46,646 nt of DNA from Candidatus Geddesella stercoravicola (GCA_904398665.1 CAJFPG010000016.1:1-46646), one strand, 5' to 3'. Positions 10,383 through 18,886 are shown, numbered from the stretch's first letter. Program-made: numbers and translations. The notes: generated by a model not told the origin, from the sequence alone.

Positions 10383-11336
10383 ATGATAGAAATAGAAAAG
10401 CCGACAATCGAAGAAGTTGAACTTGCCGCCGACGGTACTTATGGGAAATTTGTCGTCGAGCCTCTCGAAAGAGGTTACGGTATCACTCTCGGAAATTCTC
10501 TCAGAAGAATACTGCTTTCCTCCTTGCAGGGGGCCGCGGTCACCTCTCTTAAAATAGACGGGGTTCAGCATGAGTTTTCGACGATTCCCGGAGTGAAAGA
10601 AGACGTCACCGAGATAGTTCTTAATATGAAGGGACTTATCACCAGACTTCACGGAGGAAAGACTTCTAAGTTCGCTTATATAGAAGTGAACGATGAGGGT
10701 GAGATAACCGCCGCCGATATAAAAGCGGATTCGGATATCGAAATTTTGAATCCTGATATGCATATAGCCACTATCACGAAAAAGACGCGTTTTTATATGG
10801 AAATTACTATCGGCATGGGCAGAGGTTACGTTTCCGCCGATAAGAATAAACCCGCGTCTTCTCCGATCGGGCTTATAGCTGTGGATTCTTCCCATTCTCC
10901 CGTAACAAAAGTCAATTATACGATAGAGAATACCCGTGTAGGGCAGATAACCGATTATGATAAGCTTACTCTTGAAGTCTGGACTAACGGAAGCGTTTCC
11001 GCTAAGACCGCCGTGTCTCTTTCCGCGAAGATAATGAGCGAGCATCTCTCGTTGTTTGTTAATCTCGCGGAGGATTCGGATGTCGGAGACGAGGTCTGGA
11101 AAGGCGACACCAATGAAAATAAAGAGAAGATCCTCAATATGACGATAGAAGATCTTGATCTTTCAGTCCGCTCTTTTAACTGTTTGAAAAGAGCCGGGAT
11201 CAATACCGTTTACGATCTTATCAATAAGTCCCCAGAGGATATGATGAGGGTGCGTAATCTCGGTAAAAAATCTCTTGAAGAGGTTGTCGTTAAACTTGAA
11301 TCTTTCGGTTTGAACTTTATGGATGAAAAAGAATAG
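10383..11336 (+). CDS. rpoA: DNA-directed RNA polymerase alpha subunit
   Basis: ATG 10383 gives MIEIEKP.IE..E...[35 protein letters not shown], the canonical RpoA N-terminus. The track start at 10374 is a GTG three codons upstream. Confidence 0.97.
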   Translation: MIEIEKPTIEEVELAADGTYGKFVVEPLERGYGITLGNSLRRILLSSLQGAAVTSLKIDGVQHEFSTIPGVKEDVTEIVLNMKGLITRLHGGKTSKFAYIEVNDEGEITAADIKADSDIEILNPDMHIATITKKTRFYMEITIGMGRGYVSADKNKPASSPIGLIAVDSSHSPVTKVNYTIENTRVGQITDYDKLTLEVWTNGSVSAKTAVSLSAKIMSEHLSLFVNLAEDSDVGDEVWKGDTNENKEKILNMTIEDLDLSVRSFNCLKRAGINTVYDLINKSPEDMMRVRNLGKKSLEEVVVKLESFGLNFMDEKE

Positions 11337-11354
11337 GAAGGAGGCTGCTTTTAA

Positions 11355-11696
11355 ATGGGTACACGCAAACTTGGCAGAAAGACCGATCATAGAATAGCGA
11401 TGCTCAGGGGGATGGTCACTTTTCTTCTCGAAAACGGGCAGATAGAGACGACCGCCGCGAGAGCGAAAGAAGTTCGCAGTCTTGCCGAAAAAATGATAAC
11501 TCTTGGCAAAACAAATACTCTTCACTCTAAAAGACAGGCAATGAGCTTTATTACGAAGGAGGATGTTGTCAAAAAATTATTTGACGAGATCTCTCCCAAA
11601 TATACCGACCGTCAAGGAGGGTATACAAGAATAATAAAAACAGGTCCGCGTCGCGGCGACGCCGCTGAGATGGCCGTCATATCGCTTGTTGATTAA
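11355..11696 (+). CDS. rplQ: 50S ribosomal protein bL17
   Basis: ..RKLGR...HR.AMLR......L....IETT.ARAKE.R...EKMITLGK; 113 aa; last gene of the alpha operon. Confidence 0.98.
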   Translation: MGTRKLGRKTDHRIAMLRGMVTFLLENGQIETTAARAKEVRSLAEKMITLGKTNTLHSKRQAMSFITKEDVVKKLFDEISPKYTDRQGGYTRIIKTGPRRGDAAEMAVISLVD

Positions 11697-11740
11697 GAAG
11701 GGTTTTAGGTTTAAAATATATAAATACATGCACGCGTGTT

Positions 11741-11781
11741 CGGGCGCTCTCCATATGGAGAGCGCCCGTATTATGTTTTTT
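11741..11781 (+). terminator. Rho-independent terminator of the ribosomal super-operon
   Basis: Perfect 14-bp inverted repeat CGGGCGCTCTCCAT/ATGGAGAGCGCCCG (11741..11768) followed by the T-rich TATTATGTTTTTT. Confidence 0.9.
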
Positions 11782-11788
11782 ATGATAT

Positions 11789-11824
11789 TTTTCGAGGAAT
11801 AAAAACCTTTTCGAGGAATAAAAA
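11789..11824. repeat. Direct repeat, 2 x TTTTCGAGGAATAAAAA (period 19)
   Basis: Identical 17-mers at 11789..11805 and 11808..11824. Confidence 0.9.
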
Positions 11825-11980
11825 TCTGAAAATGAAAAGATTTAAAAACGCGAGCGAAACAGAATACGTTTTTTATTCTTCTTGTACTTTTTTATATCAT
11901 TTTCGGTAAAGTTTATTCAAGATATAATAAATATGATTTAAGATATAAAATTATTATACGCTATTATACTATAATATGAC

Positions 11981-12009
11981 TTGAAAATTTTGTTTAAAAA
12001 TGATATTAT
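11981..12009 (+). promoter_or_regulatory. Candidate sigma-70-type promoter: TTGAAA, 17 nt spacer, TGaTATTAT (extended -10)
   Basis: Hexamers read directly at 11981..11986 and 12004..12009, with TG at 12001..12002. Chance matches are likely in such AT-rich DNA. Confidence 0.3.
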
Positions 12010-12100
12010 AAAATTGATAAAGTAAATTATGTTCTATAATAATGCGGATAAGTGTTTACTAAATATTTACAAAAAAACTGGGACAAAAAAATAAATACAA

Positions 12101-12152
12101 AAAAAACAAACACAAAAAACAAACACAAAAAACAAACACAAAAAACAAACAC
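12101..12152. repeat. Perfect tandem repeat, 4 x 13 bp (AAAAAACAAACAC)
   Basis: Copies at 12101, 12114, 12127 and 12140, flanked by A-runs. Confidence 0.95.
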
Positions 12153-12234
12153 AAAAAAATCAAAGAGTCTCGTAAAGAGAATAATTTGTATACGGCCCGA
12201 TTACGATATCTTTTGAAATATTATTGACTGCGGC

Positions 12235-12514
12235 GGAATCAGTTCGGAGCGAGGAATCGAACGCTTGACCGAAGGTTAAACAGCGAAAATACGCGCAAAT
12301 ACAGCGGAGATATCTCAGGAAATAAGGTGGAAATGTCTCTGGGGTGGGATATTTCGGGAATGCCGCGGAATACAGTGGAAATACGGCGAGAATATGGCGA
12401 AAGAGATATCGGATATAGGTTAAAACTCTTCGGAAATATTTTAATATGCCGAAATTTATCAAAGCGGTTAAATAAAGGAAACGAAGAAAACATATTGATA
12501 AAGTTTTATTCGGA
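12235..12514 (+). repeat. Purine-rich, C-poor segment with 14 GGA/GGAA(A/T) motifs (core phased 10-12 nt); function unknown
   Basis: GGA starts at 12235, 12246, 12253, 12306, 12318, 12329, 12347, 12357, 12367, 12377, 12411, 12432, 12477 and 12512. There is no TCC in the same interval. Confidence 0.6.
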
Positions 12515-12528
12515 AAAGAGGTAGCGAA

Positions 12529-13854
12529 ATGGAGCAGCGGTCATTGTTTGAAATATTTTCGGACGAGCCTTTGGCGTCGAGAATGAGGCCGGAGAATTTA
12601 GATGAATTTGTCGGACAAACGCATTTGACGGGAGAAAATAAAATTTTAAGAAAAATAATTGAAAGCGACAATATCTCCTCAATGATTTTTTGGGGACCTC
12701 CGGGCGTCGGGAAAACAACGCTGGCTCGTATTATCGCAAATGAGACAAAGTCTGAATTTATTACTTTTTCAGCGGTTACTTCCGGAATTAAGGAAATTAA
12801 AAAAGTGATGGAAGAAGCGGAAAATAATAAAAAAATGGGCGTAAAAACAATTGTGTTTGTTGATGAGATTCATCGTTTTAATAAGGCTCAGCAGGACGCT
12901 TTTTTGCCGTTTGTGGAAAAGGGATCTATTGTTTTGATAGGGGCGACGACAGAAAATCCGTCCTTTGAGATCAATAACGCCCTGCTTTCAAGGTGTAGGG
13001 TTTTTGTCTTAAAAGAATTGTCGAGCGAAGATATTTTAGTGTTGTTGAAACGGGCAATTACCGACGAAAAAGGCTTCGGAAAAGAAAAAATTGATATTTC
13101 AGAGGATAATTTGCGGATAGTCGCCGATTTCTCCAACGGAGACGCCAGAGCGGCTCTCACGATGCTTGATATGTTGGTTACGAATACGGAAGAGAGCGAA
13201 GACGGGAGCCTGAAAATAACAAAAGAGTTTATTGAGGAATGTTTGGGAAAAAAGACGCTTTTATATGATAAAAACGGCGAGGAACATTACAATATTATTT
13301 CCGCTCTTCATAAATCTATGAGGAACAGCGATCCCGACGCCGCGGTATATTGGCTCGCGAGAATGTTAGAAGCCGGCGAAGATCCGATCTACATCGCGAG
13401 AAGAATAACAAGATTTGCTTCTGAGGATATAGGTCTCGCGGATACGAACGCTTTAAATGTCGCCGTCAATGTATATCACGCCTGTCATTTTATAGGAATG
13501 CCCGAATGTAATGTTCATTTGACAGAAGCCGTGATTTATATGTCTTTGGCTCCGAAATCCAATTCTTGTGATATTGCTTACAGAGCGGCCGGTACCGACG
13601 CGAGAAAAATGCTTGCCGAACCCGTTCCGTTGGTTATCAGAAACGCTCCGACAAAATTGATGAAAGAGCTTAATTACGGAAAAGGGTATCAATTCGCTCA
13701 TGACAGTAAAGACAAGCTGACGTCAATGGAATGTTTGCCTCCTTCTTTGGCAGGAAAAGTTTATTATACCCCCGGAACGCAAGGTAACGAAGTTCGCTTT
13801 AAGGAGCGGTTGGAAAAAATAAAGGCATGGAAAAAAGCCAATAAGGATAATTGA
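12529..13854 (+). CDS. rarA: Replication-associated recombination protein A (RarA/MgsA AAA+ ATPase), canonical copy
   Basis: Walker A GPPGVGKTTLA; Walker B/sensor VFVDEIHRFNKAQQDAFLP.VE.G...LIGATTENPSFE.N.ALLSR; MgsA C-terminal motifs (HYN.ISALHKS.R.SD.DAA.YWLARML.AGEDP.YIARR). Confidence 0.93.
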   Translation: MEQRSLFEIFSDEPLASRMRPENLDEFVGQTHLTGENKILRKIIESDNISSMIFWGPPGVGKTTLARIIANETKSEFITFSAVTSGIKEIKKVMEEAENNKKMGVKTIVFVDEIHRFNKAQQDAFLPFVEKGSIVLIGATTENPSFEINNALLSRCRVFVLKELSSEDILVLLKRAITDEKGFGKEKIDISEDNLRIVADFSNGDARAALTMLDMLVTNTEESEDGSLKITKEFIEECLGKKTLLYDKNGEEHYNIISALHKSMRNSDPDAAVYWLARMLEAGEDPIYIARRITRFASEDIGLADTNALNVAVNVYHACHFIGMPECNVHLTEAVIYMSLAPKSNSCDIAYRAAGTDARKMLAEPVPLVIRNAPTKLMKELNYGKGYQFAHDSKDKLTSMECLPPSLAGKVYYTPGTQGNEVRFKERLEKIKAWKKANKDN

Positions 13855-13888
13855 TATATTGATATGTAGACGGCAAAGGTTGTAAAAG

Positions 13889-14581
13889 ATGTATAGGTTT
13901 GAAATAGATAATAAAATAACAGATATCTTTTATAAAGAAGCGGGAGAAAGCAAATTACCGGTCATTATATTAAACGCTTTTGGGGACGAAGGCATAAAAG
14001 TATGGGAAGAATGTCAAAGATTAAATACGAAAGATTTTATTTTAGTTTCAGTTTCAATTTCAGAAACGGATTGGAACGATAATATGACGCCTTGGGAAGC
14101 TCCTCCTTTATATAAAAACGACGGCAAACATTTAGGATATGCCGATAAATATTTGCGTTTTCTGGAAAAAGAGATAATCCCCGTGTCGAGAGACTATATA
14201 AAAACGAATTTTCATAAGAAAATAGAATATTTAGGAATCGCGGGCTATTCGTTGGGCGGACTGTTTGCTTTATACGCGGGGTATAAGACAGATATTTTTA
14301 AAAGGATAGTATCGGCGTCCGGTTCCCTGTGGTATCCTAATTTGGCGGAATACATTAAAGAGAATAAAATAAGTAAGAATATCGATAAAATATATTTTTC
14401 TTTGGGGAATAAAGAAGCCATGTCAAAGCATCGGATATTAAAAACGGTTAAAGAAAAGACAATATCGGCGTATGAACATTTGAATAAAAATATCAACGCG
14501 ATATTTGAGGAAAACGAGGGAAATCATTTTAAAAATACCGCTTTAAGGACAGCAAAGGGAATTAAATGGATTTTAGAATAA
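13889..14581 (+). CDS. Alpha/beta-hydrolase 'putative esterase' family protein
   Basis: GxSxG nucleophile elbow GIAGYSLGGLFAL, an upstream W..NMTPW motif and a C-terminal ..EGNHF (candidate catalytic His). Resembles Fes/IroE-type esterase-family proteins. Confidence 0.7.
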   Translation: MYRFEIDNKITDIFYKEAGESKLPVIILNAFGDEGIKVWEECQRLNTKDFILVSVSISETDWNDNMTPWEAPPLYKNDGKHLGYADKYLRFLEKEIIPVSRDYIKTNFHKKIEYLGIAGYSLGGLFALYAGYKTDIFKRIVSASGSLWYPNLAEYIKENKISKNIDKIYFSLGNKEAMSKHRILKTVKEKTISAYEHLNKNINAIFEENEGNHFKNTALRTAKGIKWILE

Positions 14582-14597
14582 TTCAGGAGAGATATAA

Positions 14598-15188
14598 ATG
14601 CCGAATTTGAATATTAACAGCAGGATATATAAAGGGCGCGGTTTGATAAAAGTATTAGAAAACTATACGGTTTTGGATATAGAAACAACAAGTTTGGATT
14701 GTTACCGAGGGGAAATACTCGAAATAAGCGCGATAAAAGTCAGAAATCAACAAGAAACGGAATATTTTTCCGAACTTATAAAAATACATAATAAAGTCGG
14801 CGCGTTTACGACAAAACTTACGGGAATCACCAATGAGATGATATTAAAAGAAGGAAAAGAATTAGTCCTTGTATTGAAAAACTTTAAGGATTTTTTGGGA
14901 GACGATATTATAGTCGGACATAATGTGAATTTCGATATTAACTTCATTTATGACAGCATGAAAAAAAATCTGGGTAGAAATTTAACAAATGATTACGTGG
15001 ATACTTTAAGAATAGCCAGAAAAGTGTTGCCGCATTTGAAACACCATAAATTAGACGATTTGATTAAATATTTTAATTTGGTTGAGAGAAATGAGCATAG
15101 GGCGTTGAACGATTGTATTTTAACAAATCAAGTTTATATACGGTTGGGAGAGTTGTTGGAACCGCATCGGCAGCAAAGCGTCATATAA
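14598..15188 (+). CDS. Stand-alone DEDDh 3'-5' exonuclease (DnaQ/PolC-exonuclease-like)
   Basis: Exo I VLDIETT, Exo II GHNVNFDINFI, Exo III HRALNDC. Confidence 0.8.
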   Translation: MPNLNINSRIYKGRGLIKVLENYTVLDIETTSLDCYRGEILEISAIKVRNQQETEYFSELIKIHNKVGAFTTKLTGITNEMILKEGKELVLVLKNFKDFLGDDIIVGHNVNFDINFIYDSMKKNLGRNLTNDYVDTLRIARKVLPHLKHHKLDDLIKYFNLVERNEHRALNDCILTNQVYIRLGELLEPHRQQSVI

Positions 15189-15528
15189 ATTTTCGGGGCG
15201 GGGAATTAACGTAAAAACGTTTTAAGACAGAATGAGACTTTCGTTATAATGTCTGGTTAAAAAAACCTTTATTTTATTTGTATTTGGTTGGGATAATCGA
15301 TTCGAGATGAAGAGGTTTAATCTGTTTTATTGTTTTATTTTTATCGGCGCGCGATGATGATTTTTCCTTTTTTTACAGGAAGAGGTCAAATATCTTATTG
15401 TCATTAACCGTTATTTTTGATATTTGATTTTTTTAGTTTGTGAGAATACTTGAATTTTTTATCTTTTTTATCCGAATTTATCTGAAAAAATATTTTTTAA
15501 GTTTTACAAAGAGAAAAGCGAAAAATTC

Positions 15529-15571
15529 AAAAAATCTCGCCCCTCTGACTTATTTTGTCGGAGGGGCGAGA
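15529..15571 (-). terminator. Rho-independent terminator of the 955-aa protein gene
   Basis: Stem TCTCGCCCCTC/GAGGGGCGAGA (15535..15545 / 15561..15571). The A6 run on the + strand is a U-tract on the - strand. It lies 30 nt past the stop. Confidence 0.85.
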
Positions 15572-15600
15572 CAATATATAGAAGAGAAATACCGAATAAT

Positions 15601-18468
15601 CTATTTTATGTGAGTCTTTTTTCTTCCGTAAGTAATCGCTCCAAGTAGAGCGCAGGCGCTTACAGAAAGAATCGCGTAGTATAATCCCATCAGGGTCGCG
15701 TCGCTCGTATGGGGAGGTTTATTTTCGTTCGCATTTTCCGAATTTCCGCTCTGAGAAGGAAGATTCTCTTCTTCTCGGTCGGGTTCGGTCGGCTGTTGGG
15801 GAGTTCCCGGGTTCTCCGGAGAAATTGGGGTTTCGTCCGTTATTTTTTCAAGGTTCTCGATAGCTTCTTCTATCGCTTCCGCCATCGCGTCGACCTGGGC
15901 TTGCTCGGAAACATCTAAGCCTCGTACAACCGCGTTTATGGCCGCTTCTACCGCGCTGAAATCTTTATAGTCATCTTTGTTGAGAGATTCCGCTTTCGCT
16001 ATCGCGGCGTCTACTCTGTCGTAATTCGCTTCTGTAATCGGCGTGTCGGCGACGGTTTTTTTGATAGTGAAGGAATCTATTACGCTCATATCGGATACAC
16101 GATAAGTCGTTATGCTAAAAGAATTGTCGGAAACTGTTATCTTGGAAATGTTCGCGGTATACTCTTGATTTTGAACCGCGGAGAACGGGAAGGATTCGTC
16201 CAAGATATCGTAGTGTTTTGAGCCCGAGCCTGAATTGGCGGTTATATAAAGGATACCTTCCGGATCGGTGACCGCCGTCGGAGCTTCTTTGCCGTCGTCA
16301 TATTCGTAGCTTTCGAGTTCTGTCACGGGTTCGGCGCCGTCCATAATATACGTTCTGCAATAAACATGGTCATGACCCATAAATACCGTGTCGATGTCCA
16401 ACTCCTCTAAAACCGGGATTATCATATTTTTAAATCCGTCTTCGTCTTCGATGTAGCTGTCATGAGCGTGTGATGCCACGGTGAAAATACTGTGATGAAA
16501 GACGGCTACTTTCCAAGATATTTCTCTGTTTTTTGTCTCTTCGATAGCCTCTTGCATGAACGCCTTGTGTCCCTCGACGTCTTCTTGGCTTCTGGCGTTG
16601 CTGTTAAGAACGAGGAAAAGCGTGTTGTTATAAACGAAGTAGTAGTCTCCGCCCGCCGCGGTTACTCCGTATTCTTCGGACTCGTTCGGCACGTTAAAAT
16701 GCTGAGCGTAAGCGTTGGAATCGTCATGATTCCCGACCGCGGTAGCGACGGGTAAACCGAATAAGGCGTTATGTTCGAGATAAGCGTCGTATTCCTCTTC
16801 CGAATTCGCGTGTACCTGATCTCCCGCAGATATAAGAAAAGAGATATCGGAGAAAAGTTCGCTTTCCGTCACGGTGTTTAAGACGTTCTCCCATTCCGCG
16901 TCGTCTCTGACTATTCCGCTTGAACCGATTTGAGGATCTCCGACCAGAGCGAAAGAGAATTCGCCCTCTTTTCCGGTGGAGAAAGAATATATTTCTCCCG
17001 TTTTTCCTTTGTTATTCAGCTGATAGTAATAGGTCGTATCATATTTGAGGTCGGTCGCCGTCGCCTGACAGCTGTATTGTTCGTCATTGGTTACCGAAGA
17101 TGTCGCGTCGAAGACTTTTCCGTTTGTCATATCCGGGTTTTCAGATATCGTAACGGAAGCCTCGTCAAGCGGCGAATACCATGTAAAGTTTATTTGGCTT
17201 TCAAAAGCGCCTACCGATAGGCTTATGTTGTTCTGGTAATCCACCTCATCCGTAAATAGGAAAAGTCCGGTACAGGAGAACCAGATATCAGGGCTTGTTT
17301 TGCTGCTGTTATGTATTTCTACGGCGATAGTGTTTTCTCCGTTATGAAGCATGCTTAAATCAACGAGGGTAAAATCGAGAGTTTCCGGACCCTGATCGGA
17401 ACCTCCGTATTGTAAATTAGAGTCGAATCCGTGACCGAGAGACTCTCCGTTCTCGTCGCGGGCGATGTCGTGACCTTCCGCTACGCGTTGGCCGTTGATA
17501 TAGACGATTATTCCGTCGTCATATTCTATTGAGCCGACGAGCATCGTATATCTTTCGAGATTGTTTATATTAAACGTCGTGCGGAAAAAGTAAGAGGGTG
17601 TAGAGTTTTTGCCGTCGCATCCGTCGAGAACCGTAGCGGCGGTACGAATCGTGTCATATTTCGCGTCGCCTTCATTTGAGCCGAATGGTCCCGCGGCGAG
17701 CTTCCAACCGTCGGTGTTAAAATTTTCAGAAGTCCAAGCCGTACGGTCGTATCCCGACTCGGAAACGTCCCCCGAAGGGTCGGTATTGTCATCCAAATAT
17801 TCCCATTCGGATGTTCCTCCAAGGAGAAACGTAAAGGTTGAAAAGCTTAAATTGTTCATTGAAAACCAAATATCCGAGCTGTTATCGAAATGGTTATGTA
17901 TTTCGACCGCGATAACATTTTCGCCGTCTTTAAGCGCGTTGAGCGCCGCGGAATCAGTGATTTCAAATGTTTCCGTACGATTCGCCTCGTTTGTAGCGTA
18001 ACTGTTGTTAGAGTCACAGCCTTCCTCGTTGAAAGCGGCGACTTTAACTCCGTTAATATATATTATGGCCGCGTCGTCGTAAGAGATGCTTCCTGTTATC
18101 GCTGTCACAATAGAAGCTTTTTCAACATTTATCTTCGTTCGAAAATAATATGTCGGATAGTTCGTATCGTCTCCTTGGCATCCTTCGAGCGTAACGGAAG
18201 CGCCTCCATATTCGCCGCCGTTTTCTGCCCCGAAACCGCCCCTTCCGGTTTTCCACTCGCTGTCGTCAAAATCCACGGAAGTCCACGCTGTTCTGTTGTA
18301 TCCCTCGTCGGAAGGATTTCCCGAGGGATCGGTGTTGTCGTCCAGATAGGACCATACTGTCGACCGGTCGATTTGATTCGGCAAATCAGTTCCCTCTTGC
18401 GCGAAGGCGACAGAAGTTATTGACATAATTAAAGCGATAGCTAGTAAAAAACTTATCAGTCGTTTCAT
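15601..18468 (-). CDS. Secreted, C-terminally anchored multidomain metallophosphoesterase (purple-acid-phosphatase-like)
   Basis: Signal peptide MKRLISFLLAIALIMSITSVAFA/QEG. Two tandem ~185-aa homologous domains. An FN3-like PAP N-domain. Metallophosphoesterase motifs GDPQ, GDQVH, GNHD, VFHHS and GHDHVY. A FIVAR-like helical segment, a Pro/Glu-rich linker, then a hydrophobic helix plus GRKKTHIK tail. Confidence 0.85.
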   Translation of the reverse strand: MKRLISFLLAIALIMSITSVAFAQEGTDLPNQIDRSTVWSYLDDNTDPSGNPSDEGYNRTAWTSVDFDDSEWKTGRGGFGAENGGEYGGASVTLEGCQGDDTNYPTYYFRTKINVEKASIVTAITGSISYDDAAIIYINGVKVAAFNEEGCDSNNSYATNEANRTETFEITDSAALNALKDGENVIAVEIHNHFDNSSDIWFSMNNLSFSTFTFLLGGTSEWEYLDDNTDPSGDVSESGYDRTAWTSENFNTDGWKLAAGPFGSNEGDAKYDTIRTAATVLDGCDGKNSTPSYFFRTTFNINNLERYTMLVGSIEYDDGIIVYINGQRVAEGHDIARDENGESLGHGFDSNLQYGGSDQGPETLDFTLVDLSMLHNGENTIAVEIHNSSKTSPDIWFSCTGLFLFTDEVDYQNNISLSVGAFESQINFTWYSPLDEASVTISENPDMTNGKVFDATSSVTNDEQYSCQATATDLKYDTTYYYQLNNKGKTGEIYSFSTGKEGEFSFALVGDPQIGSSGIVRDDAEWENVLNTVTESELFSDISFLISAGDQVHANSEEEYDAYLEHNALFGLPVATAVGNHDDSNAYAQHFNVPNESEEYGVTAAGGDYYFVYNNTLFLVLNSNARSQEDVEGHKAFMQEAIEETKNREISWKVAVFHHSIFTVASHAHDSYIEDEDGFKNMIIPVLEELDIDTVFMGHDHVYCRTYIMDGAEPVTELESYEYDDGKEAPTAVTDPEGILYITANSGSGSKHYDILDESFPFSAVQNQEYTANISKITVSDNSFSITTYRVSDMSVIDSFTIKKTVADTPITEANYDRVDAAIAKAESLNKDDYKDFSAVEAAINAVVRGLDVSEQAQVDAMAEAIEEAIENLEKITDETPISPENPGTPQQPTEPDREEENLPSQSGNSENANENKPPHTSDATLMGLYYAILSVSACALLGAITYGRKKTHIK

Positions 18469-18493
18469 TTTTTACCTCCAAAAATAATTATCT

Positions 18494-18509
18494 TCCGATT
18501 TAAATCGGA
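18494..18509. promoter_or_regulatory. Perfect 16-bp palindrome TCCGATTTAAATCGGA in the 5' leader of the 955-aa protein gene
   Basis: Read directly. It lies 26-41 nt upstream of the start codon (18468), just beyond the RBS (complement of ACCTCC at 18474..18479). Confidence 0.5.
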
Positions 18510-18595
18510 CGTCTTATGTGTCTGAAAATAGATATCCTGAGATATATCTTGTCATTTTTTTCTCTTTTTTTTCTCTTCCGTATTTTGTGTTTCGA

Positions 18596-18633
18596 GAAGC
18601 GTGAAGCGTGAGTATAGTTAGTATAGTAGTATA
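18596..18633. repeat. Short tandem repeats (2 x GAAGCGT, then ~2.7 x AGTATAGT(T))
   Basis: Read directly at 18596..18609 and 18611..18633. Confidence 0.85.
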
Positions 18634-18847
18634 TTTAGGATATCTATTACTATTATTAGACACTTATTATTATAATGTCACCGTGTTAAAACAGAAAGCT
18701 TAGTTGTGTAAAATCTATGTAAGGAATAATATTGGAATAAGAGGTTGTTTTTCTTATATTAAAACAGTTGAGAGAGCCAATTACTGTCAATCGACGTTCT
18801 TGAACGATTTCGTGAAAGCTCCCGCGATAAAAGATTTTTTTATAAAA

Positions 18848-18886
18848 TAAAAGGAGATATGGGTTTTCCCATATCTCTTTTTATTT
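18848..18886. terminator. Bidirectional-looking hairpin terminator, probable end of the rarA2-nth-prmA-hpt operon
   Basis: Stem AGGAGATATGGG/CCCATATCTCTT (18852..18863 / 18868..18879), TTTT loop, A-run upstream and T-run downstream. Confidence 0.7.

Noticed and set aside
391-11525. Numerous 60-235-aa ORFs antisense to or out of frame with the ribosomal operon genes (e.g. 391..843, 1544..2095, 2052..2639, 5586..6260, 6279..6662, 9094..9609, 10338..11045, 11163..11525).
   Set aside because: They are embedded in highly conserved r-protein/secY/rpoA coding sequence. They have no RBS or recognisable domains, and their low-complexity translations are typical of shadow ORFs.
12101-12152. A possible CRISPR array or other spacer-repeat structure among the tandem repeats (also at 22663..22911 and 30207..30491).
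   Set aside because: The repeats are head-to-tail with no unique spacers. The units are 7-13 bp, or degenerate ~40 bp, and there are no cas genes. They are simple tandem repeats.
12160-12524. Three overlapping ORFs (12160..12462 -, 12239..12493 -, 12327..12524 +) in the GGA-rich segment.
   Set aside because: The two minus-strand ORFs translate the pyrimidine-rich complement into Phe/Pro/Tyr/Arg-rich nonsense and are mutually overlapping. Only the + strand 65-aa ORF remains a weak possibility, and it is noted within the GGA-array finding.
15709-18423. Plus-strand ORFs inside the 955-aa protein gene (15709..15918, 16492..16755, 16930..17220, 17609..18001, 17890..18423).
   Set aside because: They are antisense shadow ORFs of a long, well-supported multidomain gene, with no independent signals.
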